DNA from: an uncultured Chloroflexia bacterium
Lineage (GTDB): Bacteria; Chloroflexota; Limnocylindria; Limnocylindrales; CSP1-4
NCBI GenBank assembly: GCA_963706095.1
Contig: OY970149.1
Location: 146,183 to 210,182, forward strand
DNA length: 64,000 nt
Direction: 5' to 3'
This document shows, in pieces, positions 1-8,900 of the stretch. Both the position numbers and the translations under genes were made by a program. Positions within the stretch are counted from its first letter, which is position 1. The number at the start of each line of letters is the position of its first letter. Below the pieces are notes generated by a model that did not search any database, was not told the DNA's origin, and was given only the letters and a program-made list of their open reading frames with translations.

Positions 1-18
1 GATGGCTCATCGAGTGGT

Positions 19-894
19 TCACGGGTCGACATCGACGCGTTTCTGGTCTGGCGCTGACGCCGAACCTTCGACCGAGCCGGCAAAGCCGATCTGCCTGAAG
101 CCGATGCTCGCGTAAACGCGCGCCACGTCGGCGTTGCCGGCCGACAGGAACACCGTCCCGACGCCGCGCGCCCAGGCGTCTCCTACCAGCGCCGCGCTCA
201 CGGCCGCCCCCAGTCCGCGCCGTCGCGCCGACGGCAACGTGGCGACACCAACGATCTCGGCGACGCCATCGACCGGCTGGTAGGTGCCCACGGCCAACGG
301 GCCCTCGCTGTCGAAGATCGCGGCGGTCACGCTCAGGCCGCGGCGCGCGCGCTCGCGCATGAACTCTTGAACGTTGGCCGGGCTCGCGAGCGCGGCAGCG
401 TCGCGCTGCAGCGCACCCTCCGGACCGACCTGCGTCCCAGCCGCGCCGAACCCGACGTTGGCCACCGCATGGGCGCGGCTGAAGTCCGGATCGCGCGCAT
501 CCACGAAACGGATCTCGAGGCCGTCAGACAGTGCTGGTGCAGCGAAAGCGTCGCGCTCGACGACCATCAACGGGTAACGAACGACGCTCATGCCGAGCGC
601 GGCGGCGGCATCACCGAGCGAGGGAGTGACCTCGACCAGCCATTCGATGTTCTCGGGTAGAGCCAGCTCTCGTTGGCGCCGCCGCAGCTCGTCAACGTCG
701 GGGGCGTCGATCGGCTCGAGCAGGCCGAGGCGGGGTCGCGCATAGAACGGCCACGGTCCGAGTGGCCGGAAGAGGGTGAACTTGCCGACCGCCTCGGGCG
801 TGGCCGCGGACCGCGGTGCCGCATCGAGGTAGGCCTCGATGCGCTCGATCAGCTGCCCATCGTCCGGCCGTTCAGGCTGGCCAACCGGTGTCAC
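19..894 (-). CDS. GNAT family N-acetyltransferase
   Basis: 291-aa ORF. The C-terminal block VATLPSARRRGLGAAV...VYASIGF resembles the GNAT acetyl-CoA binding motif. It overlaps the upstream ORF by 4 nt. Confidence 0.75.
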   Translation of the reverse strand: MTPVGQPERPDDGQLIERIEAYLDAAPRSAATPEAVGKFTLFRPLGPWPFYARPRLGLLEPIDAPDVDELRRRQRELALPENIEWLVEVTPSLGDAAAALGMSVVRYPLMVVERDAFAAPALSDGLEIRFVDARDPDFSRAHAVANVGFGAAGTQVGPEGALQRDAAALASPANVQEFMRERARRGLSVTAAIFDSEGPLAVGTYQPVDGVAEIVGVATLPSARRRGLGAAVSAALVGDAWARGVGTVFLSAGNADVARVYASIGFRQIGFAGSVEGSASAPDQKRVDVDP

Positions 895-1262
895 CCGGGC
901 AGATCACCCATCGGGCTCATCAGCTGGAAATAGTTGTCGTCGGGATCTGCCAGGGTCGCGACCATCACGTCGGGCGGCATGCCGTCGAAGCCATACGGCT
1001 CGCGGACCACGATCGCGCCCGCCGCCACGAGGCGGTCGAAATCACCCCGAACATCCTTTGACTCGAAGTTCAGGATGATCCGGCCGGGCTCCGCGTTCTT
1101 GCCGTGGACCTCCGAGTGCGGACCGATCGAAAGCCAGCCGCTGCCGATCTGCCAGCCGGTGAAGCCATCGTCGGCCATCTGCGGATCGCCCAGCAGTCGC
1201 GTGTAGTACTCGACCAATCGTTGCGGATCCTCGGACCCGATCATGACGTTGTTGAAGTCCAT
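891..1262 (-). CDS. VOC (glyoxalase/bleomycin-resistance) family protein
   Basis: 123-aa ORF of typical VOC size and pattern (YYTRLLG...W.IG...LSIGPH...ADPDDNYFQL). Confidence 0.75.
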   Translation of the reverse strand: MDFNNVMIGSEDPQRLVEYYTRLLGDPQMADDGFTGWQIGSGWLSIGPHSEVHGKNAEPGRIILNFESKDVRGDFDRLVAAGAIVVREPYGFDGMPPDVMVATLADPDDNYFQLMSPMGDLPG

Positions 1263-1280
1263 TAGCTCGTCTTCTCCCTA

Positions 1281-1760
1281 TCAGGCCGCGTCGGCGGCGC
1301 GCTCCACTTCGGCAATCTCGATCTTGCCCATCTTGAGCATTGCCTCCATCGCACGACGCGCTCGCTCCGGGTCGGGATCGTCGAGCAGCTCGTTGAGGCG
1401 GGTCGGCGCGATCTGCCACGACAGCCCGAAGCGATCCTTCAGCCAGCCGCATGGACCGGGTTCGCCGCCATTCGCAGTCAGTGTCTCCCATAGTCGATCG
1501 ACCTCGGCCTGGCCGTCGCATTCGATGACGATCGAGATCGCCTCGTTGAACTTGAAGTCCGAACCACCGTTGAGGCCCTGGTAGGGCACGCCGCCGAGCG
1601 TGAAGTCGACCAGCAGGACCATGCCCGCCGGGCCGCTCGGTGTTTCGGCCGGCGAGCGCCAGACCTTGTCGACGCGGCTGTCTGGAAGCAGCGACACGTA
1701 GAAGTCGGCGGCCTCCTCGGCGTTGCCGTCAAACCACAGGCAGGTGTAGACCTTGTTCAT
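1281..1760 (-). CDS. VOC family protein (PhnB / 3-demethylubiquinone-9 3-methyltransferase-like domain)
   Basis: 159-aa ORF. The N-terminus YTCLWFDGNAEEAADFYVSLLPDS and the block GWLKDRFGLSWQI are typical of this domain. Confidence 0.8.
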   Translation of the reverse strand: MNKVYTCLWFDGNAEEAADFYVSLLPDSRVDKVWRSPAETPSGPAGMVLLVDFTLGGVPYQGLNGGSDFKFNEAISIVIECDGQAEVDRLWETLTANGGEPGPCGWLKDRFGLSWQIAPTRLNELLDDPDPERARRAMEAMLKMGKIEIAEVERAADAA

Positions 1761-1849
1761 TGCCCGTCCTCCGATGTTGGGGTTGCGTTCATGTCAGTTA
1801 TGACCACGGCTGTCACAAAGAATCATCGGTGCAGTGGCAATCGGGCGTC

Positions 1850-2722
1850 TCAGGTGGCCGCATCAGCCTCCGCCCGCGCCCTGAGCCTGAGCTCGAGCTC
1901 GGCCATCTCAGAGCGAATCGCCGCCACCCGGCGCAGAAGGTCATCCTCCACATCTGGCCGAGGATCGGCGGCCATGTCCTCGGCCGCCTGCTCGACCTTG
2001 ACCCGCTCGAGGTTGTTCAGGATCACCGCGATGAACAGGTTCACCACGATGAACACCGCGATCAGGATGTAGCTGCCGAAGTACAGCCACGCAAGCGGGA
2101 CCTCGGCGGTGACGCCGGCCTGCAACTCGAGCCATCCCTCCAGGGTGAGTGCCTCGAAGAGCGTCCACACGGACGCGGCGAGCGTGCCCCAGTTCTCCGG
2201 GTCGTATTCGCGAAAGAGATGCAGGCCAACGACCGCGTACACGTAGACAACGAGGCTGAGCAAAACGATGACCCCGATCATCGAGCTGATCGAGCGCAGC
2301 ATCGTGCCCACGATCAGGCGCAGCTCGGGCATGACCGACACCAGCCGCAGCACGCGCAGCAGCCGCGCCAGCCGAGCCACGGTTGCGAAGCTGCCGCCCA
2401 CGGGCAGGATCGACAGGCCCACGATGACAAAGTCAAAGACGTTCCAGGAGTCGCGGAAGAAGGCCAGCGGCCGCGGCCAGTACGAGATCATCCGGACGCC
2501 GATCTCGAATACGAAGATCGCGCTGATCGCGAGGTTCAGCGCCGTGAACAGGTCGCCGAAACGACCGACGAATTCCTCTGACGTCTCCAGCCCGACGAGT
2601 ACGGCGTTGACCAGGATCACGCCGATGATGAAGCCGTTGAACCGACGATCAGCGATGACGCTGCGCGCCCAGATGACCACCCTCACAACCCTCTCCTCAC
2701 GCTCCGACCTGCCGCCGAGCAT
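1850..2722 (-). CDS. Single-domain voltage-gated cation channel (BacNav-like ion transport protein)
   Basis: 290 aa with a 6TM pattern. S4 has Arg at every third position (VARLARLLRVLRLV). The pore is FEALTLEGWLE (compare TLESW of NaChBac/NavAb). It ends in a C-terminal helical tail. Confidence 0.85.
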   Translation of the reverse strand: MLGGRSEREERVVRVVIWARSVIADRRFNGFIIGVILVNAVLVGLETSEEFVGRFGDLFTALNLAISAIFVFEIGVRMISYWPRPLAFFRDSWNVFDFVIVGLSILPVGGSFATVARLARLLRVLRLVSVMPELRLIVGTMLRSISSMIGVIVLLSLVVYVYAVVGLHLFREYDPENWGTLAASVWTLFEALTLEGWLELQAGVTAEVPLAWLYFGSYILIAVFIVVNLFIAVILNNLERVKVEQAAEDMAADPRPDVEDDLLRRVAAIRSEMAELELRLRARAEADAAT

Positions 2723-2742
2723 AACCAGCGCGAGGATCCGGA

Positions 2743-3468
2743 TCAGGCGCGGCCGTCGAGTGCGATCCGTGCTCCGTTGATGGCCGCGCCGGCGGGGGAG
2801 GCGAGGTGGACGAGTGTGTCGGCGATTTCCTCAGGAGTCGTCCATGACGCGTTCCTTGGCGAGGGCTCCGTCTCGCGCTCGTGCTTGGCGTCGATCGTGC
2901 GCACGAGGACCAGGTTGGCCGTGACGCCTGAATCGGCCACTTCGCGCGCCAGCGTGCGCAGCAGTGCCTCCTCGGCAGCCTTGCCAACGGCGTAGCTCGC
3001 GCCCTTGACCCGCGGCTCCCCAGCGAATGGAGATGAGACAGCGAGAACCCGGCCGTGGCCGCGCTCGACCATTCCCGGCACGACGGCCTGGACGATGTGC
3101 AGCGTCGTCCACAGGTGCTGGTCGAGCATGCTGCGCAACTCGTCGTGGTCCAGGTCGACAACGGCCGTGCCCCCGGCCCAGCCGCCAACGAGGTGGAGCA
3201 GCACGTCGATCCGGCCCCAGCGTTGCGTGACATTGGCGACCACCGACTGTGCGGCCGTGCCATCGGTCAGCTCGCCGGGCACAGACATCCAGCGCTCGGC
3301 GTCCACGCCCAGATCAGCGCCCAACGCGTCGAGCTTGGCGCGATCGCGGCCGACCAGCGCCAGACGCGCTCCATCGCGCGCAAGCCGGCGAGCCACCGCC
3401 GGTCCCAGGATGCCGGTTGCGCCGGTAATGAGGGCGACGGGCGCCTCGACGTCAGCGCTCCGCGGCAA
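2743..3468 (-). CDS. SDR family oxidoreductase
   Basis: 241 aa with a Rossmann motif ITGATGILGPAV and typical SDR length. Confidence 0.85.
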   Translation of the reverse strand: MPRSADVEAPVALITGATGILGPAVARRLARDGARLALVGRDRAKLDALGADLGVDAERWMSVPGELTDGTAAQSVVANVTQRWGRIDVLLHLVGGWAGGTAVVDLDHDELRSMLDQHLWTTLHIVQAVVPGMVERGHGRVLAVSSPFAGEPRVKGASYAVGKAAEEALLRTLAREVADSGVTANLVLVRTIDAKHERETEPSPRNASWTTPEEIADTLVHLASPAGAAINGARIALDGRA

Positions 3469-4228
3469 CGGCCGCCGTCAGCGAATCGGTCTGCTCGACG
3501 GTGAATCGACTCTTGCCGTTGCTCCGCCGATGCACGCAGTCGAGCTGCTCGCCGACCGTCGTGTCGGCCGGCTCGGCAAGCAGGTGGCCATTCTGGCGCT
3601 TGGTCTCCAGGTAGAAGGCGTTGTAGCGGTTGGGTGGGATCTCGATCGGGATGCGGCCGTTCACCTGGACGCCGTGGCGCTGCAGGTCGGCCAGCTTGTC
3701 GGGGTTGTTGCTGATGAGCCGGATGCTCTTCACGCCCAGCGCGCGCAGCATCTGCGCGGCAATCTCGTAATCGCGCTCGTCCTCGCGGAAGCCGAGCTGG
3801 ATATTGGCCTCGTTGGTGTCATAGCCGGCTTCCTGGAGCTGGTATGCGCGGATCTTGTTCTCGAGGCCGATGCCGCGACCCTCCTGGCGCAGGTACAGCA
3901 CCGCGCCCATGGGCATCTCACCGATCAGCTCGATGGCCGTCTCGAGCTGCTCGCGACAGTCGCAGCGCAGCGACAGGAACACGTCGCCGGTGAGGCACTC
4001 GCTGTGCAGCCGAACGGGGACATCCTCCTGGCCGCTGACGTTGCCGTGCACGAGCGCGGCGTGCTCGCTCGTCTCCGCCGGCGCGTGGAAGGCGACGACC
4101 TGGAAGCGGCCGGCGCGAGTCGGCAGCTCGGCCACGGCGCTGACGCGAACCTCGTTGTGATCGGCGATGTGAGCCAGGATTTCCTCGACCGACGGCTTGG
4201 GTAGGCCGTTGGTTGGTAGCGCACTCAT
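3452..4228 (-). CDS. ribA: GTP cyclohydrolase II
   Basis: VRLHSECLTGDVFLSLRCDCREQLE and LRQEGRGIGLENKIRAYQLQ are near-canonical RibA motifs. It overlaps the SDR gene by 17 nt. Confidence 0.9.
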   Translation of the reverse strand: MSALPTNGLPKPSVEEILAHIADHNEVRVSAVAELPTRAGRFQVVAFHAPAETSEHAALVHGNVSGQEDVPVRLHSECLTGDVFLSLRCDCREQLETAIELIGEMPMGAVLYLRQEGRGIGLENKIRAYQLQEAGYDTNEANIQLGFREDERDYEIAAQMLRALGVKSIRLISNNPDKLADLQRHGVQVNGRIPIEIPPNRYNAFYLETKRQNGHLLAEPADTTVGEQLDCVHRRSNGKSRFTVEQTDSLTAAVAAER

Positions 4229-4286
4229 GGTTTCGAATCATACGCCCAATTCATAGTCGCTGACTCGGAATTAACCGGCTCTCCTC

Positions 4287-5249
4287 ATGGTGCAGCCGGT
4301 GCGAAAACCGGTCGTAACATCAACCGCGATGGTCGAGGGCATGGACCGCATCCCGGTGCGCACCGCGAAGGGCACGTTCGACGTGTGCGTCAAGCGCGTC
4401 GGCGACAGCCCGCATACCAAGGTGCTGTTGCTGCACGGCGGCCCGGGCGCCACGCACGAGTACTTCGAGAACTTCGAGGAGCACCTCGTGCCGCGCGGCG
4501 TGGAGCTCCACTTCTACGACCAGCTCGGTTCGGGCGACAGCGACAACCCCGCGGATCCAGAGCTGTGGCAGCTGGAGCGCTTCGTCGACGAGGTCGAGCA
4601 GGTACGCAGCGCGCTCGGGCTGGACGCGTCCAACTTCTTCCTGCTCGGGCACTCGTGGGGCGGCATCCTGGCGATGGAGTACGCGCTCCACCACCAGCAG
4701 CACCTGAAGGGCCTCGTGATCTCCAACATGATGTCGAGCTGCCCGGCGTACAACGACTATGCCCACCAGGTGCTGATGCCTTCAATGGACCAGAAGGCAC
4801 TGGCCCAGATCAAGGCGCTCGAGGCGGCTGCAGATATCACCAACCCGCGCTACGAGGAGCTGCTGCTCGAGCACCATTACGTCCACCACGTGCTCCGCCG
4901 CCCCGTAGAGGACTGGCCCGAGCCCGTGCAACGCTCGTTCGCGCGCATCAACCAGGACATCTACGTGCGCATGCAGGGCCCGAGCGAGCTCGGGCTGAGT
5001 GGCACGCTCGAGGAGTGGGACCGAACGCACGACCTGGCACGGATCAAGGTGCCGGCCCTCGTCATCGGCGCCAGGCACGACACGATGGACCCGGCGTATA
5101 TGGCGATGATGGCGGGCCTGCTGCCCAATGGCCGCTATCACGAGTGTCCCGATGGCAGCCACATGGCAATGTGGGACGACGAGGAATCATATTTCCGCGG
5201 CCTCATCGACTTCCTGGAGACTGTCGCTGGACAACGCCGCCAAACTTGA
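4287..5249 (+). CDS. Proline iminopeptidase-family alpha/beta hydrolase
   Basis: LLLHGGPGATHEYF and the nucleophile elbow GHSWGG. The start is uncertain; ATG codons at 4329 and 4341 are also possible. Confidence 0.85.
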   Translation: MVQPVRKPVVTSTAMVEGMDRIPVRTAKGTFDVCVKRVGDSPHTKVLLLHGGPGATHEYFENFEEHLVPRGVELHFYDQLGSGDSDNPADPELWQLERFVDEVEQVRSALGLDASNFFLLGHSWGGILAMEYALHHQQHLKGLVISNMMSSCPAYNDYAHQVLMPSMDQKALAQIKALEAAADITNPRYEELLLEHHYVHHVLRRPVEDWPEPVQRSFARINQDIYVRMQGPSELGLSGTLEEWDRTHDLARIKVPALVIGARHDTMDPAYMAMMAGLLPNGRYHECPDGSHMAMWDDEESYFRGLIDFLETVAGQRRQT

Positions 5250-5253
5250 CGGC

Positions 5254-5745
5254 ATGGATAACCAGCAAGCGCTTGACCGCTACCGCTACATGCTCAAGTC
5301 AGCACCGCCCGACGACATCGAGCGTGCCCACGCCGAGGCGTTCGCTCAGCTGACGCCAGAGCAGCGGCGGACGGTCCTCGCCCAGCTTTCCCAGCAGGTG
5401 CCGCCTTCGGAGGTAGCACCCAGCGACGACCCGACCTCGCTCGCGAGAATGGCGACGCGTGCCGAAATGCGCCAGCCGGGAACCATGGAGCGCACCTTCA
5501 GCCAGGTTCCTGCCGGTCCGGGCCTCGGCGGCATGTTCCTCTCGACCATTGCCGGAGTCTTCGTAGGTACGGCCATCGCCGACGCCTTCTTCGGCGACCA
5601 GGGCCAGATGGATGGGGACACCAGCGACCCGGCTTCGGATCAGGGGTCGAACGACGATTTCGGCGACACCGGCGGCGATCTCGGCGGAGGCGACCTGGGC
5701 GCCGGCCTTGGGGACTTTGGCGGCGGCGACTTCGGCGGCTTCTGA
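5254..5745 (+). CDS. Hypothetical protein with one TM-like segment and a Gly/Asp-rich tail
   Basis: In-frame ATG 4 nt after the preceding stop. The helical N-terminus is followed by the hydrophobic stretch FLSTIAGVFVGTAIA and a GGDLGGGDLGAGLGDFGGGDFGGF tail. The 5128 start in the ORF track overlaps the upstream gene and is rejected. Confidence 0.6.
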   Translation: MDNQQALDRYRYMLKSAPPDDIERAHAEAFAQLTPEQRRTVLAQLSQQVPPSEVAPSDDPTSLARMATRAEMRQPGTMERTFSQVPAGPGLGGMFLSTIAGVFVGTAIADAFFGDQGQMDGDTSDPASDQGSNDDFGDTGGDLGGGDLGAGLGDFGGGDFGGF

Positions 5746-5903
5746 TGCCGTCGGCGTGATGTGCGTTTGAAATGAATTGAGCCTGAAACCGCACGCTGAC
5801 GAAGGTTTACGGCTTCAGTCCCAGTGGTACTTTCGGATATGCCTCCACTTGATGTGGTGGCACGCGTGCATGCGCGGTGAAGCGAGGGACCGGAGGGACT
5901 CAA

Positions 5904-8900
5904 ATGGCGGGGAACTCGTCCACACGGTCGGCTGTCCGACCGCGCCTCGTGGGCCTCTTGTTGGCCGTCGTCCTGGTGGCAACCGCATTCATTCCGGGGC
6001 TTCCTGTGCTGGGTGGCCCGCTACCGGCTGCCGCAGCAGGGTCTGAGCCGCACATCGCCGGCGGTTTCGAATACATCAAGACCTTCGCGTCAGCACCGGC
6101 GCAGTGCGCGTACAACGGCGGCTTCTTCTCGAACTTCTTCGTGCGCGGCGACTGCGTGCGCATCGACTTCTCCGTCACCAACACGTCGACCGGTTCGCAC
6201 ACCATCTCCGTGCAGCTGCGTTCGGCTGACGGAACGACGCTGGTTCAGACCATCGCACCGACCAAGCTGAGTGGCGCAAACAACGACTGGTACGCCACGA
6301 CGCCCATCGATGGCGCCGGCAACTGGCCGGCCGGCCGCATCGTCGTGCGCGTGCTGGCGGACGGCCAGTCGGCAGGCGAGGGCGGCTTCTTCTTCAACGC
6401 CCTCGGCGCCGTGGTCAATCCCGGCGCTCTCGCCTCGGGCGATCGCTACGAGCCGGGCGAAGACATCCCGCTCAACGGGTCCATCTCCGAGCTGAACGAC
6501 CTCGCTGCCAACACCCAGATGACCGGCGTCGCGGCCGCCTTCAAGATCCGTGTCCTGGACCCGGAAGGCGACCAGCTATTCCTGTCCCCGACGCTCACCG
6601 CAAACAGCGACGGCACACTGCCGGCAGGTCTCAAGATCCCTGGAAGTGCCACGGCCGCAGTCACGGCGACTGCCGAGCAGAACTACCAGGCGCTCCTCGC
6701 AATCGAGGTCGTAGATGCGACCTACACCGACTCCGGCCTGACGGTCGAGCTGCCGCCGCGGGCCAAGGGCGCCTTCGCCGGCGACCCCGCGGGCACCGGC
6801 GCCGTGATGCTCCAGGACGTGCCCGCGACATTGCTCCTCGAAACCCTCTATGCCTCGCCCACCGGCTGGGTCAAGCCCGGCGAGGAGTTCCCGTTCCGGG
6901 TCTTCGTCAGCAACTACACCAACAGCGCCCGGAACAACGTGACCGTGACCATCCCCAAGCCACCCTCGCTCACGTTCGTCGGCGTGAATCCGCTCGGCGG
7001 CGCGGGCAGTGCCAACACCGGTGGCGGCAACACCGTCACCTGGAACATCGGCACCCTTGCCGCCGCAACCAGCGGCGGGCCTACGGTGGCCACTCTCGTC
7101 GTAAGGGCCCGAGCCGCAACTCTCGCCCAGGATCCGGAGATAGTCTGGAAGGACCTGTCGAGCACCGCCCGGCTGACCTACACGGGCGGACCCGCCGGCC
7201 TGACCTCGAGCACGCACGGGCCCAAGGTCATTCCACCGTCAGATGAGTACGAGACGGCGCGCTACGGCGACAAGCCCTTCGTGATGGTGCCGGTCGACTT
7301 CACCGACCGGAAACACTCTGCCGACCACACGGGCGACGCCCTGGCGCGCAAGGTCAACTCACCCGCCACGGCCGGTTCGACCTTCAACCTCTACCAGGAG
7401 ATGTCCTACGGGCAGCTCTATCCCAACGGCGTGGTCCCGTCCGTGGGCATTGGCTCGCGCGGCTTCGACTACGCGCCCGGCTTCGAGTTCTCAACTCGTG
7501 ACCCACTCAAGCCCACCTGCCGCGGCACGACCTACGGCGACCTGCCGCAGCCCGTCGAAGAGGCTGTCTACGGCACCCCGGCGTACCCCGAGCGCATCAG
7601 CGACGGCTGGTATCAGCTGCCCGGCGACACCGAGTACTACGGCGGCGACTTCCCGGCCTTCACGCTCGGCGTGGGCAGCACCATTGACGGCGCCTGTGGC
7701 CCGACCAGCAAGTCGGTCTACGACGCTGCGGTCATCGCCGATCCGGAGATCGATTACAACGAGTTCGACCTTGACAAGGACGGCGTCGTCGACTTCTTCA
7801 TGATGGTCTTCGCGGGCATCGGCGGCAACGCCGGCTCGCAGACTTCCGTGCCGCCCTACGACAACATCTGGCCGCACTCGTCGAGCCTCGAGTACTACTA
7901 CACCCAGCAGGGCACCGGGCTCAAGGGCTACGTGTCGGACGACCAGCTCAAGAGCCTCGATGGCACCCCGCAATGCTTCACGAACGCCACGTACACCGAG
8001 CACGCGGCGTGTGGCGCCGGCGGCGACAGCTCCAAGCCGGTGTACGTGCGCGTCGGCCCGTACAACGTCAACCCTGAAGCGGCCATCGACCAGGCCAGCG
8101 TGATTGCGCACGAGTACGGCCACCACCTGGGCCTGCCCGACTTCTACTCGACCAGCTACACGACCTACAACGACTGGTTCCTGATGGCTTCGGACTACTC
8201 GCAGCACATGACGATCTTCGGCAAGCAGGAGATGGGCTGGGTCGTGCCCGACTACCTCCAGCCCGGAGAGACGCGCAACGTGCCCAGCTGGAAGGAGATC
8301 AAGAACGACACCGGCCAGATCCGCTGGCAGACGCCGGGCGGCCAGTTCTACACGCTGTCCGCGGCCAACGGCGACCAGAACATCCACAACGGCCATGCCT
8401 TCGGTCTGAAGCTGCCGCGGCGGATGCTCATCGAGAAGAGCCAAGTCGAGGCACAGGCCTCACTGCCCAACCTGTTTTATTCCGGCCGGGGCAACGACTT
8501 CGGCTGCACGCCGGTGGCCGGACACAACCTGGACATCGCCCTGCCCGAGCTGGCCACCGTGCCAGACGGAACGACGGTGACCCTGACCTACAAGTCGAAG
8601 TGGGATATCGAATGGGACTTCGACTACGGCTTCACGATGGTCACGACGAATGGCAAGGACTACACCTCGCTGCCGTCGCAGAACCTGTACACCACCGACA
8701 AGAACATCAATCCGAACAATTCAGCGTGCCTGACCACGCACAACAACGGACTGACCGGAACGAGCGGCTCGTACCGCGACAGCACGTTCGCGGCTGACCG
8801 CAATCCGGCCAGCCCCATCTACAGGGACTCCCCGTTCCTGGAGGACGAGTACGACCTGTCGCCATACGCTGGCGAGCAGGGCGTCGTGCTGCGCTTCTCG

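Noticed and set aside
4229-4286. Possible FMN riboswitch upstream of ribA
   Set aside because: The upstream gap is only 58 nt and lacks the conserved FMN-element core, so it is too short for the aptamer.
5128-5253. Upstream extension of the Gly/Asp-rich protein ORF (start at 5128 in the ORF track)
   Set aside because: It would overlap the last 120 nt of the proline iminopeptidase gene. An ATG at 5254, 4 nt after that gene's stop, gives a sensible N-terminus.
5640-5745. Tandem GGCGGC/GAC-rich nucleotide repeats, considered as a possible VNTR or CRISPR-like array
   Set aside because: The repeats are in frame and encode the GGDxG low-complexity tail of the 5254-5745 protein. There is no repeat-spacer organisation anywhere in the window.
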